This document shows, one piece after another, positions 10,901 to 17,896 of a stretch of DNA of 40,873 nt. Position numbers and translations under genes: made by a program. This DNA is from a virus (Duplodnaviria > Heunggongvirae > Uroviricota > Caudoviricetes), in the IMG/VR virus record IMGVR_UViG_3300032213_000610, positions 64,001 through 104,873 of that record; one strand, 5' to 3'. How positions within the stretch are numbered: the stretch's first letter is position 1; the number at the start of each line of letters is the position of its first letter. A model generated the notes under the pieces. The model was not told where the DNA came from and did no database searches. It saw only the letters and a program-made list of their open reading frames with translations.

Positions 10901-12384
10901 GCTGTCTTAATACAGCTTCAGGTGGATATGCATCAGTAGTAGTAGGTGGTTGTATAAACTCTGCTACAAATACAAGAGCTGTAGTTGTAGGTGGTAACTG
11001 TAACAGAGCGTGTGGAGCTTCTTCCTTTGTAGGTGGTGGTGAATTTAATGTGGCTAGTGGAACCTTTTCAACAACAACAGGTGGATATCAAAACACAACA
11101 ACAGGTAATAATGCAACAATTTCAGGTGGATATCAAAACACTGCTTCAGGATTTTGGTCAGCAATTGGTGGCGGTAGTAGCAACGTAGCAACTGTTAATA
11201 GAGCATCAGTAGGTGGTGGTCATGCTAATACAGCCTCTGGTAACTACGCAAGAGTGGGTGGTGGATTTATTAACAATGCAACAGGATACATGTCTGTAAT
11301 AGGCGGTGGATGCCAGAATAATGCAAGTAGTAATGTTGCATTTGTTGGTGGCGGTCAATCTAATACAGCTTCAGGAGCGTGTTCATTCGTAGGAGGTGGA
11401 CAAAACAACTGTGCACCATCTGCATTTTCAACAATTAGTGGTGGTTATAGAAACTGTATTAATGCTAATAGACCACATGCCTTCATCGGTGGTGGATGTT
11501 GTAACCAAACCTTTGGTTTATATGCAGTAGTGGCTGGTGGTCTTAGAAACACTGCTAGTGGATACAATGGTACATTTGTTGGTGGTGGTACACAAAATAC
11601 AGCACAAGGAGATTTATCATTTATTGGAACTGGTTCAAACAACTATACTTCAGCATATGCTGGGGTTATAGTGGGTGGTCTTGGAAACACAGGTAGTGGA
11701 TATGTTTCTTTTATTGGTGGTGGATCTTGTAACAGTATTAACTATGTAAACTTTGGTTTCATTGGTGGTGGTCGTAGCAATACTATGTCTGGATATAGAA
11801 ATACTATTGTTGCTGGTGCTAGTAATGCCATTTGTTCAGGAGCTAATTCTTTCATAGGAGGTGGTTCAAATAATACTATTAGTAGTGGACTTTCATCTAT
11901 CATTGGAGGTTGTGGTAACTCAACTAGTGGTTGTGCATGTAACGTACATGTTATAGGATCAAATATTTCTACAGGATCAGCAGCAAACTACACATATGTA
12001 AATAACCTATGTCAAATTGGTGGTGGTGTATCTGATAGAAGAACTAAGAACACAATCTGTGATACAGGATATGGCTTATGTGATATTGTTAAATTACGTC
12101 CTGTAAGCTATTGTTGGAACCATGATTCAACTAATCATAAGAAATATGGCTTCATTGCTCAAGAAGTACAAGAAGCTATTCCAGATATTGTTAGCTTTAA
12201 CGAGATAGAAAAGGTTGGGATTGATGGAAAAAGAACCATTCTTGGTGAAGGAGATCCAGTGTTACAGTTTGAGAAGGAAGCAATTTACGCTTCATATGTA
12301 AATGCTTTCAAAGAACTAAACGAAAAGAATCAAGTATTGGAAGCACGTATTGCTGCTCTAGAAGAATTGATAAAAGGAAAATAA
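4933..12384 (+). CDS. Long tail fibre (2483 aa) with Thr/Ser/Gly shaft repeats, a GGxxN repeat region and a C-terminal peptidase S74-type intramolecular chaperone
   Basis: Recurrent LxSxDWNTFNxK and GTVTSV/LGYTP repeats, about 60+ copies of a ~15-aa GGxxNxASGxxSx(I/V)G repeat, and C-terminal SDRRTK...LRPVSYCW...YGFIAQEVQEAIP plus a coiled-coil tail typical of S74 chaperones. Confidence 0.85.
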   Translation: MNVTCSAEPCPVILNATCVFYEGNTLVYTGITTNDNLQTALQKIDQKFQDSNLGYIFTNGLEQLAPGQPVMLGGALVKNTTIGGLYNLAFAGTLEASALITTGGTSTDFVKGDGSLDPTSYQPAGNYISNLTGDVLANGPGSVVATLATVFGAPGTYGNSGNVPAITVDSKGRITNVTPTPINYPAQSLSFVGDVDGAGFTGSPVTLTLDTVNTDVYGSNNFLKFAVNGKGLITSATPVSDGDITTALGYVPVNDAIELTINGVAHDLTANRSWSVGTVTSVSITAGTGLNASIINPNTTPSISIVNTAPDQTVVLTGGFGISVTGSYPNFTVTNDYPSLGGTVTNFSAGNLSPLFTTSVTNPTTTPALSFALSSAAANTVLAGPNGGAGAPTYRALVAADIPSLSYISNISTTAPLATTGGLTPTISISQANSTTNGYLSSTDWNTFNNKTSCTGTVTSVAVCSTTTGVAISGSPITTSGSINVDISTASASCTGLLTSTDWNTFDNKQDALGYTPVPDTRQLSINGVGYDLTADRCWSVGTVTSITASAPLTGGTITGSGSVGITQAGAGSDGYLSSADWNTFNSKQVAGNYITDLTGDGTASGPGSVALTLATVNASTGTFGSSTQVPVITVNNKGLVTCVTTDTISGSLEFIGDVTGVGSTGTCTTLTLATVNNDVYTSETLLNIAVNGKGLITSANPTTSGDICSTLGYTPENVANKSTCTSLGVSNTLYPTQLAVKTYVDNATAGGIILQGNWNANTNTPDITGTTTTGWAWRVDVAGTTNLGGITDWQVGDLAVKSATGWVKIDNTENVTSVFGRFGAIVATTGDYLSCQVTECGNLYYTDARVRAAVGHTAPLTYCSTTGVFGITQSNTTTDGYLSATDWNTFNDKQPLIVAGTTSQYYRGDKTFQTLDTSVVTEGTNLYFTDARARAAICASSGVAYNPSTGLITNSCPDQIVSLTGGGTTSITGTYPNFTITSSDCFSGTVTCVAVSGTNIGVTGSPITSAGTIGLSLSGANVCSALGYTPYNATNPAGYTTCVGTVTSVASCTSTTGVLLSGSPITTSGTLGIDISTASATCTGLLTSSDWNTFNSKTSCLGTVTNVATSTSTTGVLLSGSPVTSSGTLGINISTASSVCTGLLTSADWNTFNNKTSCLGTVTSVGLTSATTGVTIGSSPVTTSGNITLNIATASATCTGLLTAADFNNFNSHTSCTGTVTCVAATGTNIGVTGSPITTSGTLAISLSGANVCSALGFTPYNATNPNGYTTCVGTVTSVGIVATNINVCASPVTTSGNICLNLTAANVCSALGYSPAPTSSVIMVAGGGTNSTIRCGVGNTASLGLSAALAGQNNTASGYRAVVVGGLSNTALGGNSFIGGGLFHSASAPESTISGGYCNISSGVASSIVGGRNNTASGACSFIGGGCLNISSNSNTTVGGGWANCATGIYATVGGGRNNRANNSYSTVSGGYAGAASGEFSFLGGGFGNTAQGNCSFVGGGQSNTVTTQWSTLGGGVNNTISGNRGFLGGGSTNTVSGSYFATVVGGNSNTASGYGSFIGGGSSNTASGCRAVVSGGQTNNASGNCSTVGGGVNNNAGGCCSTVSGGANNLGTGPVATIGGGRGNNTASATYATIGGGYANLSCGYTSTVSGGYVNCATGQESFIGGGRNNAATGTRSTVGGGWGNTASAYVGTVGGGCNNRATFFWSTVGGGLNNLSSGDASVIAGGVNNTSSAYHSTVSGGNNNTANFRHSSVGGGLNNLASNCGSRVGGGIANTASGPWSNVGGGLSNTTPFNYATIAGGIGNTTCSNYGAISGGYYNCTGYVGFVGGGDGNKAMGNYAAIAGGYCNCASGACSFIGGGGTIGAGGNVASGAWAVIGGGCANTACGTFATITGGQGNFAPGVRSFIGGGFSNTASGTYAVVAGGQSNQATGIRNFVGGGQGNRACGSYFTTVSGGYGNSASGYASTINGGIRNTASGCLAFVGGGCLNTASGGYASVVVGGCINSATNTRAVVVGGNCNRACGASSFVGGGEFNVASGTFSTTTGGYQNTTTGNNATISGGYQNTASGFWSAIGGGSSNVATVNRASVGGGHANTASGNYARVGGGFINNATGYMSVIGGGCQNNASSNVAFVGGGQSNTASGACSFVGGGQNNCAPSAFSTISGGYRNCINANRPHAFIGGGCCNQTFGLYAVVAGGLRNTASGYNGTFVGGGTQNTAQGDLSFIGTGSNNYTSAYAGVIVGGLGNTGSGYVSFIGGGSCNSINYVNFGFIGGGRSNTMSGYRNTIVAGASNAICSGANSFIGGGSNNTISSGLSSIIGGCGNSTSGCACNVHVIGSNISTGSAANYTYVNNLCQIGGGVSDRRTKNTICDTGYGLCDIVKLRPVSYCWNHDSTNHKKYGFIAQEVQEAIPDIVSFNEIEKVGIDGKRTILGEGDPVLQFEKEAIYASYVNAFKELNEKNQVLEARIAALEELIKGK
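6180..8880 (+). repeat. Degenerate coding repeats of the fibre shaft (STDWNTFNNK / TSCxGTVTSV / GSPITTSGT / ANVCSALGYTPY)
   Basis: Multiple near-identical peptide blocks, e.g. GATTGGAATACNTTTAA recurs near 6261, 6674 and 8203. Boundaries are approximate. Confidence 0.8.
8930..11940 (+). repeat. Tandem ~45-bp (15-aa) Gly/Asn-rich coding repeat array, probable beta-roll/beta-helix
   Basis: GGGxxNxASGxxSx(I/V) unit repeated through about 1000 aa. Boundaries are approximate. Confidence 0.8.
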
Positions 12385-12385
12385 T

Positions 12386-12874
12386 ATGTCTAACTTAGGA
12401 ACGTTTACAAGAACCAATAACAATCCTGATGTAATAAATCTTACATTACCAAACACAGGTCAAGATGGACAGCAGGGTATAAATGCACAATACAACATTT
12501 TTGAGAATAGATTCTATGGAGGAGATGTGTATATTCACTATAAAACTAACATTCCTTTTGGTGGTTGGAGTATGCATAATATAGAAGCTGTAGGATACAA
12601 CTATGGTAGAACTCAACCTATTAGATGTAACTGGGTGTTTCATGTATCTTATGGTAATGGGTTTTATCAAACAGAATTAAGTAATATATATTCAGGATTA
12701 GCTGCTAATAGATTATATAATTCAGGAGATGGTTATGTTGTATTTGTAGCAAGTTCTAATACAATGTATTACGCAGGATGGAGTATTAACGCATATAGCT
12801 TAAATCCAACAGGACCTTTTGATGTAAGTATACTTGCTGTAGCTCAATCAAGTAGTAACGCAAATGTTTATTAA
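12386..12874 (+). CDS. Fibre-associated Tyr/Gly-rich protein, paralog 1
   Basis: Motifs HYKTNI, IEAVGYNYG, IR and SGDGYV are shared with the next two ORFs; starts 2 nt after the fibre stop. Confidence 0.65.
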   Translation: MSNLGTFTRTNNNPDVINLTLPNTGQDGQQGINAQYNIFENRFYGGDVYIHYKTNIPFGGWSMHNIEAVGYNYGRTQPIRCNWVFHVSYGNGFYQTELSNIYSGLAANRLYNSGDGYVVFVASSNTMYYAGWSINAYSLNPTGPFDVSILAVAQSSSNANVY

Positions 12875-13303
12875 ATGCCAGTAAAATCAAACGCACCATT
12901 AAGTATTGGACCAGGCTTTCAACAGCGTGGTATAGCTAGTTATTGGGACTTTGGTTATTATGGTGAATATGTCCATATAAAAACAACTATAGCTCAACAG
13001 ACTTATATCATGCCAATGATTGAGTTAATTGGATATAACTATGGTGTAGCTGCTCCTATTAGAATGGCATTTGTAGTGTATACATATTCTTATTTAATAT
13101 CTGGATGGGAAAACGCATATAGTGGTGTAACAGGAAGTAGCGTATATATATCTGGAGATGGGTACATATGTTTAAGAGTGTACGCTGGTAGTATGTATTT
13201 TTGTGGGTTTTCTATGGACGCTTATTCTGTAGCAGGAAACGGTGCTCAGGTTGAGATTGGTGTATTAGCAATGGCAAATGGTGGTTCAGGTAACATTTAT
13301 TAA
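12875..13303 (+). CDS. Fibre-associated Tyr/Gly-rich protein, paralog 2
   Basis: HIKTTI, IELIGYNYG, SGDGYI; ends in NIY. Confidence 0.65.
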   Translation: MPVKSNAPLSIGPGFQQRGIASYWDFGYYGEYVHIKTTIAQQTYIMPMIELIGYNYGVAAPIRMAFVVYTYSYLISGWENAYSGVTGSSVYISGDGYICLRVYAGSMYFCGFSMDAYSVAGNGAQVEIGVLAMANGGSGNIY

Positions 13304-13305
13304 TT

Positions 13306-13776
13306 ATGAGAGTACAAAATTTAAATATATTACAGAACACAAATAGCTATGATGGAACCTTTATGCAATATAAAGGATTCTTTAAGTTCAACAGCTACGA
13401 TTGGAGTTCGAACTACCTTCACATGAAGACAAACATTAATACTGTTAACATGTGGATGATTGAAGCTGTAGGGTATAACTACTGTTATTATACAAAGATA
13501 AGAAGCACTTGGACCTTTCACTGGGATGGTGGAAATTTATACAATCGATCTTACAATCGTCTTGGAGGAGATAGTGGATGTAACCCAACAAATATATATA
13601 TGTCTAGTGATGGATATGTTGTGATAGTTGGGTATAGTGCATGTTGGGGATATTGTGGATTTATGTTAAATGGATACAATACAGCAGATATATATAATCA
13701 ATCTGGATTGAGTAATGATAGAACACCTCAGGTAACAGCATATGCTTTTTCAGGAGGTAATTCACCAATATATTAA
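13306..13776 (+). CDS. Fibre-associated Tyr/Gly-rich protein, paralog 3
   Basis: HMKTNI, IEAVGYNYC, SSDGYV; ends in PIY. Confidence 0.65.
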   Translation: MRVQNLNILQNTNSYDGTFMQYKGFFKFNSYDWSSNYLHMKTNINTVNMWMIEAVGYNYCYYTKIRSTWTFHWDGGNLYNRSYNRLGGDSGCNPTNIYMSSDGYVVIVGYSACWGYCGFMLNGYNTADIYNQSGLSNDRTPQVTAYAFSGGNSPIY

Positions 13777-13786
13777 AATCAATAAT

Positions 13787-14065
13787 ATGAATAACAAACG
13801 TTACAGAGATTTACAAGGAAACGTTCACTTAATGTGGCAAGGAGAACCTGACCCTACATGGGTGGAAGTTGAGGTTCCTGAAAACCTTCTTCCTGATCCT
13901 AATTTTGTTCCCCCTTATGGTGCAAGAAGACACAACTCTTATCCAGATGTGAAAGAACAATTGGATATGCTTTGGCATGAGATTAATAGTAATGGTAGTA
14001 TTTCAGCCAATGGTGATTGGTTTAATGCTATCAAAGAAGTAAAAGACACACATCCTAAACCTTAA
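13787..14065 (+). CDS. Small tail-fibre assembly/chaperone-like protein (92 aa)
   Basis: R..SYPDVKEQLDMLWH...WFNAIKEVKDTHPKP resembles the small proteins that commonly follow aquatic phage fibres. Start moved from 13742 to the ATG at 13787 (A-rich leader, no overlap). Confidence 0.6.
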   Translation: MNNKRYRDLQGNVHLMWQGEPDPTWVEVEVPENLLPDPNFVPPYGARRHNSYPDVKEQLDMLWHEINSNGSISANGDWFNAIKEVKDTHPKP

Positions 14066-14089
14066 TTTAAATATAAAAAAACAAGTAAT

Positions 14090-14440
14090 ATGTTACTAGC
14101 AAAAATTAGCCCAGCAGCTAAACAAATCGTACAAACCAGTCCTTTTGAATCAAGTGAAGTGACTGCTGAATATATGTCAGCATTAGCACGTCCTTATGCA
14201 TTAGGTGCATCAAAGGTTAACTTTGAAGTGGTATTTGGTAATTTAGTAGAATCACCTAAGCCTGGTTCTGAAGAATTAGTTCAACAATTTGTAAGAGTTA
14301 CAAACTCTCAAGTTGAATTAGTAGGTGAAGAACTAGCTTCTTGGGGCACTGATGATTCAGTTGTTCTTGATGCGATTGCTGCTAAATTAGGTACATCAGT
14401 TGTATCAACTTTAGTAGTTAATGAGCAGTTTGGATTCTAA
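14090..14440 (+). CDS. Hypothetical protein (116 aa), end of the tail-fibre module
   Basis: Clean ORF with an A-rich leader; no motif recognised. Confidence 0.6.
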   Translation: MLLAKISPAAKQIVQTSPFESSEVTAEYMSALARPYALGASKVNFEVVFGNLVESPKPGSEELVQQFVRVTNSQVELVGEELASWGTDDSVVLDAIAAKLGTSVVSTLVVNEQFGF

Positions 14441-14447
14441 AAATTAA

Positions 14448-14479
14448 TTTGGTTTTCTCGTATAGATGACATATCTTTG
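14448..14479 (+). promoter_or_regulatory. Bacteroidota promoter driving the glycosylation/sulfation operon
   Basis: TTTG (14448-14451), 20 nt, TATCTTTG (14472-14479); 16 nt upstream of the ATG at 14496. Confidence 0.75.
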
Positions 14480-14495
14480 CAGATAAACCAACATT

Positions 14496-15371
14496 ATGAA
14501 CATCATTTTCCAGATCAATGGGGGTATTGGTAAATGTATTCTTGCTACATCAATGTGCGAGGTTATACATCACCAATACCCTGATGATCAACTGATTGTA
14601 GTTAGTGGCTACCCTGAGGTGTTCTTGAACAACCCTTATGTTCACAGATCATTTGCTTTTGGTCAAGCTACTTATTTCTATCAGGATTATATAGAGAATA
14701 AGGAATTTGCTGTGTTTGCACACGATCCTTACGTGGATACGCACTACATTAGACAGAACGAACACCTTAGTCATACATGGACCAGGATGTTTGGTTTACC
14801 TGCTCCTGAGAATATAAAGCCACAAATCTACCTTACAGATAGAGAACGTCAGTTCTTTAGTAGTAAGTTTACTTCTGATAAGCCTGTATTTATAATGCAA
14901 ACTAATGGAGGTGCTGCAGGACAAGAACTTAAATACTCATGGGCTAGAGACATTCCAGCTAACACAGTGTTGAATGTTATAGAGGAATTCAGAAAGGATT
15001 ACAACATTGTTCACATAAGAAGGGAAGACCAAACAGCTTTCCCTGGAACAATCCCTGTAACAGATAACTTTAGAGCTTTGGCTGTATTGATAGAGCTAAG
15101 TGAGAAGAGATTGTTTATGGACAGTTTTGCACAACATGCAGCAGCTGGACTGGATAAACCTTCTACAGTGCTATGGATAGCTAACAGTCCTGTGGTATTT
15201 GGCTATGATATACATGATAATATCCTAGCTAACCCACACACAAAGAAACCTGAACTACGTAATGCATATTTTCAGAAGTTTGATATTGCAGGGAATCTAT
15301 TAGAGTTTCCTTACAATATGGAACATGATATATTCAACGTTGACAAAATAATCGCTTCTCTGAAAGCATAA
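14496..15371 (+). CDS. GT-B glycosyltransferase, GT9 (heptosyltransferase)-like
   Basis: N-terminal GGIGKCILAT, LIVVSGYPEVFLNNPYV, and C-terminal FMDSFAQHAAAGLDKPSTVLW, matching the GT9 GGxGD / xDSxxxHxAAAxxxP pattern. Confidence 0.65.
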   Translation: MNIIFQINGGIGKCILATSMCEVIHHQYPDDQLIVVSGYPEVFLNNPYVHRSFAFGQATYFYQDYIENKEFAVFAHDPYVDTHYIRQNEHLSHTWTRMFGLPAPENIKPQIYLTDRERQFFSSKFTSDKPVFIMQTNGGAAGQELKYSWARDIPANTVLNVIEEFRKDYNIVHIRREDQTAFPGTIPVTDNFRALAVLIELSEKRLFMDSFAQHAAAGLDKPSTVLWIANSPVVFGYDIHDNILANPHTKKPELRNAYFQKFDIAGNLLEFPYNMEHDIFNVDKIIASLKA

Positions 15372-15377
15372 CTACAT

Positions 15378-16196
15378 ATGGATAAAATATTCTATCAAAG
15401 CTCCTTGCCTAGATCTGGAAGTACATTGTTGCAAAACATCTTGGCTCAAAACCCTGATATATATGCAACCCCTACAAGCGGTGTTCTTGAACTCATATTT
15501 GGAGCAAGAGCAAACTACACAACTAACCCAGAGTTCAAAGCACAAGATGCTGAACTAATGAAGAAGGGTTGGCAAGCTTTTGCTAAAGCTGGTATGGACG
15601 CTTTCTACAATGCTATTACAGATAAGAAATATGTTGTAGATAAGAGTAGAGGATGGGGCATACATTATGACTTCCTAAACTTTGTACAGGGAGAACCAAA
15701 GATTATATGCATGGTGAGAGATCCGCGTGATATCTTTGCTTCTATGGAGAACAACTTTAGAAAGCATCCAGAGAAACAATCTGATATATTAGATTGGTCT
15801 AAAGGTCAAGGAACAACAGTTCCTAAGAGAATAGACATCTGGGCACAGAGTCCTCCTGTAGGTCTGGCTTTTGAAAGACTCTCTGAGATATTTAGAATGG
15901 GTATAGATAGCAAGATGTTGTTTGTAAGGTTTGAAGACTTATGTCTCTATCCTGATACAGAGATGATTAGGATATATGAATACCTTGGTATCCCTCACTA
16001 CAAACACGACTTTGATCATATTGAACAAGTTACTAAAGAGGATGATGAAGTGTATGGTACATTTGGTGACCACACTATTAGAACCAAGCTTGAACCTGTT
16101 CCTTCTAGAGCTAAGCAACTATTAGGTAAGGATGTGACAGATTGGATTTATACTAACTACGAATGGTTCTATAAAACATTTAGATATACAAAATGA
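15378..16196 (+). CDS. PAPS-dependent sulfotransferase
   Basis: 5'-PSB loop SLPRSGSTLLQNIL, 3'-PB motif MVRDPRDIFAS, and VRFEDL...IYEYLG. Confidence 0.85.
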   Translation: MDKIFYQSSLPRSGSTLLQNILAQNPDIYATPTSGVLELIFGARANYTTNPEFKAQDAELMKKGWQAFAKAGMDAFYNAITDKKYVVDKSRGWGIHYDFLNFVQGEPKIICMVRDPRDIFASMENNFRKHPEKQSDILDWSKGQGTTVPKRIDIWAQSPPVGLAFERLSEIFRMGIDSKMLFVRFEDLCLYPDTEMIRIYEYLGIPHYKHDFDHIEQVTKEDDEVYGTFGDHTIRTKLEPVPSRAKQLLGKDVTDWIYTNYEWFYKTFRYTK

Positions 16197-16804
16197 TAAA
16201 CTCATTCTTTGATAAGATATTTTACATCAATCTAAAAAGAGATGTAGAAAGGAATGATTACATGATTAATCAATTCAAAGAGTTTGGTATAACTAATTAT
16301 GAAAGGTTTGAAGCTATAGAATGTACACAGGTGCCTGACAAACATATATGGAGAAACTTTAACAAACAGGATGATAAGTATATTAAAGGATCTGTTGGAT
16401 GTAGAGAATCTCATGTAGGTGTATTAAAGCTTGCTAAAGAAAGAGACTATAAGTTTGTAATGATTCTTGAAGATGATGTAAAGATACTTACAGACCTAAG
16501 TGGTATATTAAAAGAGAATAACCTTCAAATAGGTATGGCTGACATGCTTTATTTTGGAGGAATGGTAGAAACTCGATACAGAGGACAAGTTGTTGGAGCT
16601 TATGCTTATGCTGTTAGGAACACATTATTTGATGATATATTAAATATGGCTGTTCCTTCTGGTATGGAGATAGATAACTTCTATGCTAAGGTTATACAAC
16701 ACATGAGCTATAATAATAACATAACTGGTAGATATAACGCACTTATGTTACGACCAGCAAACACAATAATAGTAAATCAAACATTTAATTCAAATATACG
16801 ATAA
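16193..16804 (+). CDS. Glycosyltransferase family 25-like
   Basis: KIFYINLKRDVER...RFEAI...GCRESH...MILEDD, the typical GT25 motif order. Confidence 0.8.
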   Translation: MINSFFDKIFYINLKRDVERNDYMINQFKEFGITNYERFEAIECTQVPDKHIWRNFNKQDDKYIKGSVGCRESHVGVLKLAKERDYKFVMILEDDVKILTDLSGILKENNLQIGMADMLYFGGMVETRYRGQVVGAYAYAVRNTLFDDILNMAVPSGMEIDNFYAKVIQHMSYNNNITGRYNALMLRPANTIIVNQTFNSNIR

Positions 16805-17256
16805 TGATAGTAGTACTATTTGGACAGCCTCACTCAGGCAAAACTACATTAGCCCATAAGCTAGAAATTGAAGAACTATATGACTATCATATAGACGGAG
16901 ATCAGCTGAGAACTATGTTTAAGAATAAAAACTATAGTAAAGAAGGTAGAATAAACAACCTTAATAGAGCTAGTGACATTGCTACATTCCTACATTACAA
17001 CGGTAATGATGTGATAATGTCTGTAGTGTATCCTTACAAAGAAGCTAGAGACTATTTAAATAGCCTGGTTCCTGATGTACTCTGGGTGTATCTACATTAT
17101 AAAGAGGAAAGAGGAAGAGAAGAGTTCCATGTAAAGGACTTTGAATTCCCCTACCTAGAAGAGAAAGTGTTACAACTAAATACATCAAACCTATCAATTG
17201 AAGACTGCGTTACTAAAATTCAAAACTACATAAATGAAAATTCTAGCAAAGGGTAA
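16804..17256 (+). CDS. cysC: Adenylyl-sulfate (APS) kinase-like P-loop kinase, compact
   Basis: MIVVLFGQPHSGKTT, IDGDQLR and YSKEGRINN follow the CysC pattern GLSGSGKST / LDGDxxR / FSxxxRxxN. Flanked by a sulfotransferase and DUF2061. Confidence 0.75.
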   Translation: MIVVLFGQPHSGKTTLAHKLEIEELYDYHIDGDQLRTMFKNKNYSKEGRINNLNRASDIATFLHYNGNDVIMSVVYPYKEARDYLNSLVPDVLWVYLHYKEERGREEFHVKDFEFPYLEEKVLQLNTSNLSIEDCVTKIQNYINENSSKG

Positions 17257-17617
17257 TGGTAATGGAAGTGGACATGCAATGTTCATTGGTAGATGGCAAC
17301 CATGGCACAAAGGTCATAGGTGGTTAATAGACCAAGCATTAAATGAAGGAAAGAATGTACTTCTCTGTATAAGAGATGTTCCTACAGATGAGAAGAATCC
17401 TTGGTCTGCTATTCAGGTGATGATGAATCTAACAGAAGAATTAATAGATCTTATTGAGGAAGGAAGAGTGAGACTCATGATTATACCTGATATTGAATCT
17501 ATTAATATTGGTAGGGGTATTGGTTACGATGTTATAGAACACACACCTCCCCAAGATATACACGATATATCTGCTACACAAATTAGAGAACAAATGAAAG
17601 CTGAAGGTAAGCTCTAA
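17234..17617 (+). CDS. HxGH nucleotidyltransferase (cytidyltransferase-like); candidate minimal ATP sulfurylase
   Basis: FIGRWQPWHKGH (HxGH) and C-terminal ISATQIRE (SxTxIR) motifs; overlaps the cysC-like gene. Confidence 0.7.
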   Translation: MKILAKGNGNGSGHAMFIGRWQPWHKGHRWLIDQALNEGKNVLLCIRDVPTDEKNPWSAIQVMMNLTEELIDLIEEGRVRLMIIPDIESINIGRGIGYDVIEHTPPQDIHDISATQIREQMKAEGKL

Positions 17618-17823
17618 TGGTAGGAACCAAAAGACACATAGCAAAAACTATAAGTTACAGAATCATAAGCACAGGAATCGGATTCCTTCTTATGTGGATA
17701 GCAACAGGCAGTATCAAGATAGGTGCTGCATTCAGTGTTGCTGAACTAACATACAAGCCTTTTGTATATTTTATCCATGAACGTGTTTGGTATAAATGGA
17801 TTAAATACGGAATAAAGAAATAA
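17617..17823 (+). CDS. DUF2061-like small membrane protein
   Basis: RHIAKTISYRIIST...YFIHERVWYK fits the DUF2061 pattern (RSxxKTxSWR...YYxHERxW), a family often linked to cysC. Confidence 0.75.
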   Translation: MVGTKRHIAKTISYRIISTGIGFLLMWIATGSIKIGAAFSVAELTYKPFVYFIHERVWYKWIKYGIKK

Positions 17824-17843
17824 CAACCTCCTTTTTTAACTAC

Positions 17844-17879
17844 ATAGCATATTCTCCCTAAAAGGGAAGGGTATGCTAT
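17844..17879 (+). terminator. Long hairpin closing the sulfation operon
   Basis: ATAGCATA-TTCTCCCT / AGGGAAGGG-TATGCTAT pairs with G-U wobbles and one bulge; the following U-tract is weak. Confidence 0.45.
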
Positions 17880-17896
17880 TGTCATTTATTAAACAA

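Noticed and set aside
767-11642. Many antisense or alternate-frame ORFs inside the two giant genes (e.g. 5580-5927, 8049-8531, 10433-10756)
   Set aside because: Shadow ORFs produced by the codon bias and repeats of the real gene. They have no leaders and low-complexity V/P/L-rich translations.
6180-11940. Repeats that might be a CRISPR array or a DGR template/variable pair
   Set aside because: Repeats are in-frame, degenerate at third positions and have no unique spacers. There is no reverse transcriptase and no adenine-specific mismatch pair in the window.
16804-17256. cysC as a simple auxiliary metabolic gene for host cysteine synthesis
   Set aside because: No PAPS reductase or sulfite reductase in the window, and the gene is co-transcribed with a PAPS-consuming sulfotransferase in the virion arm. 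Not excluded for the whole genome.
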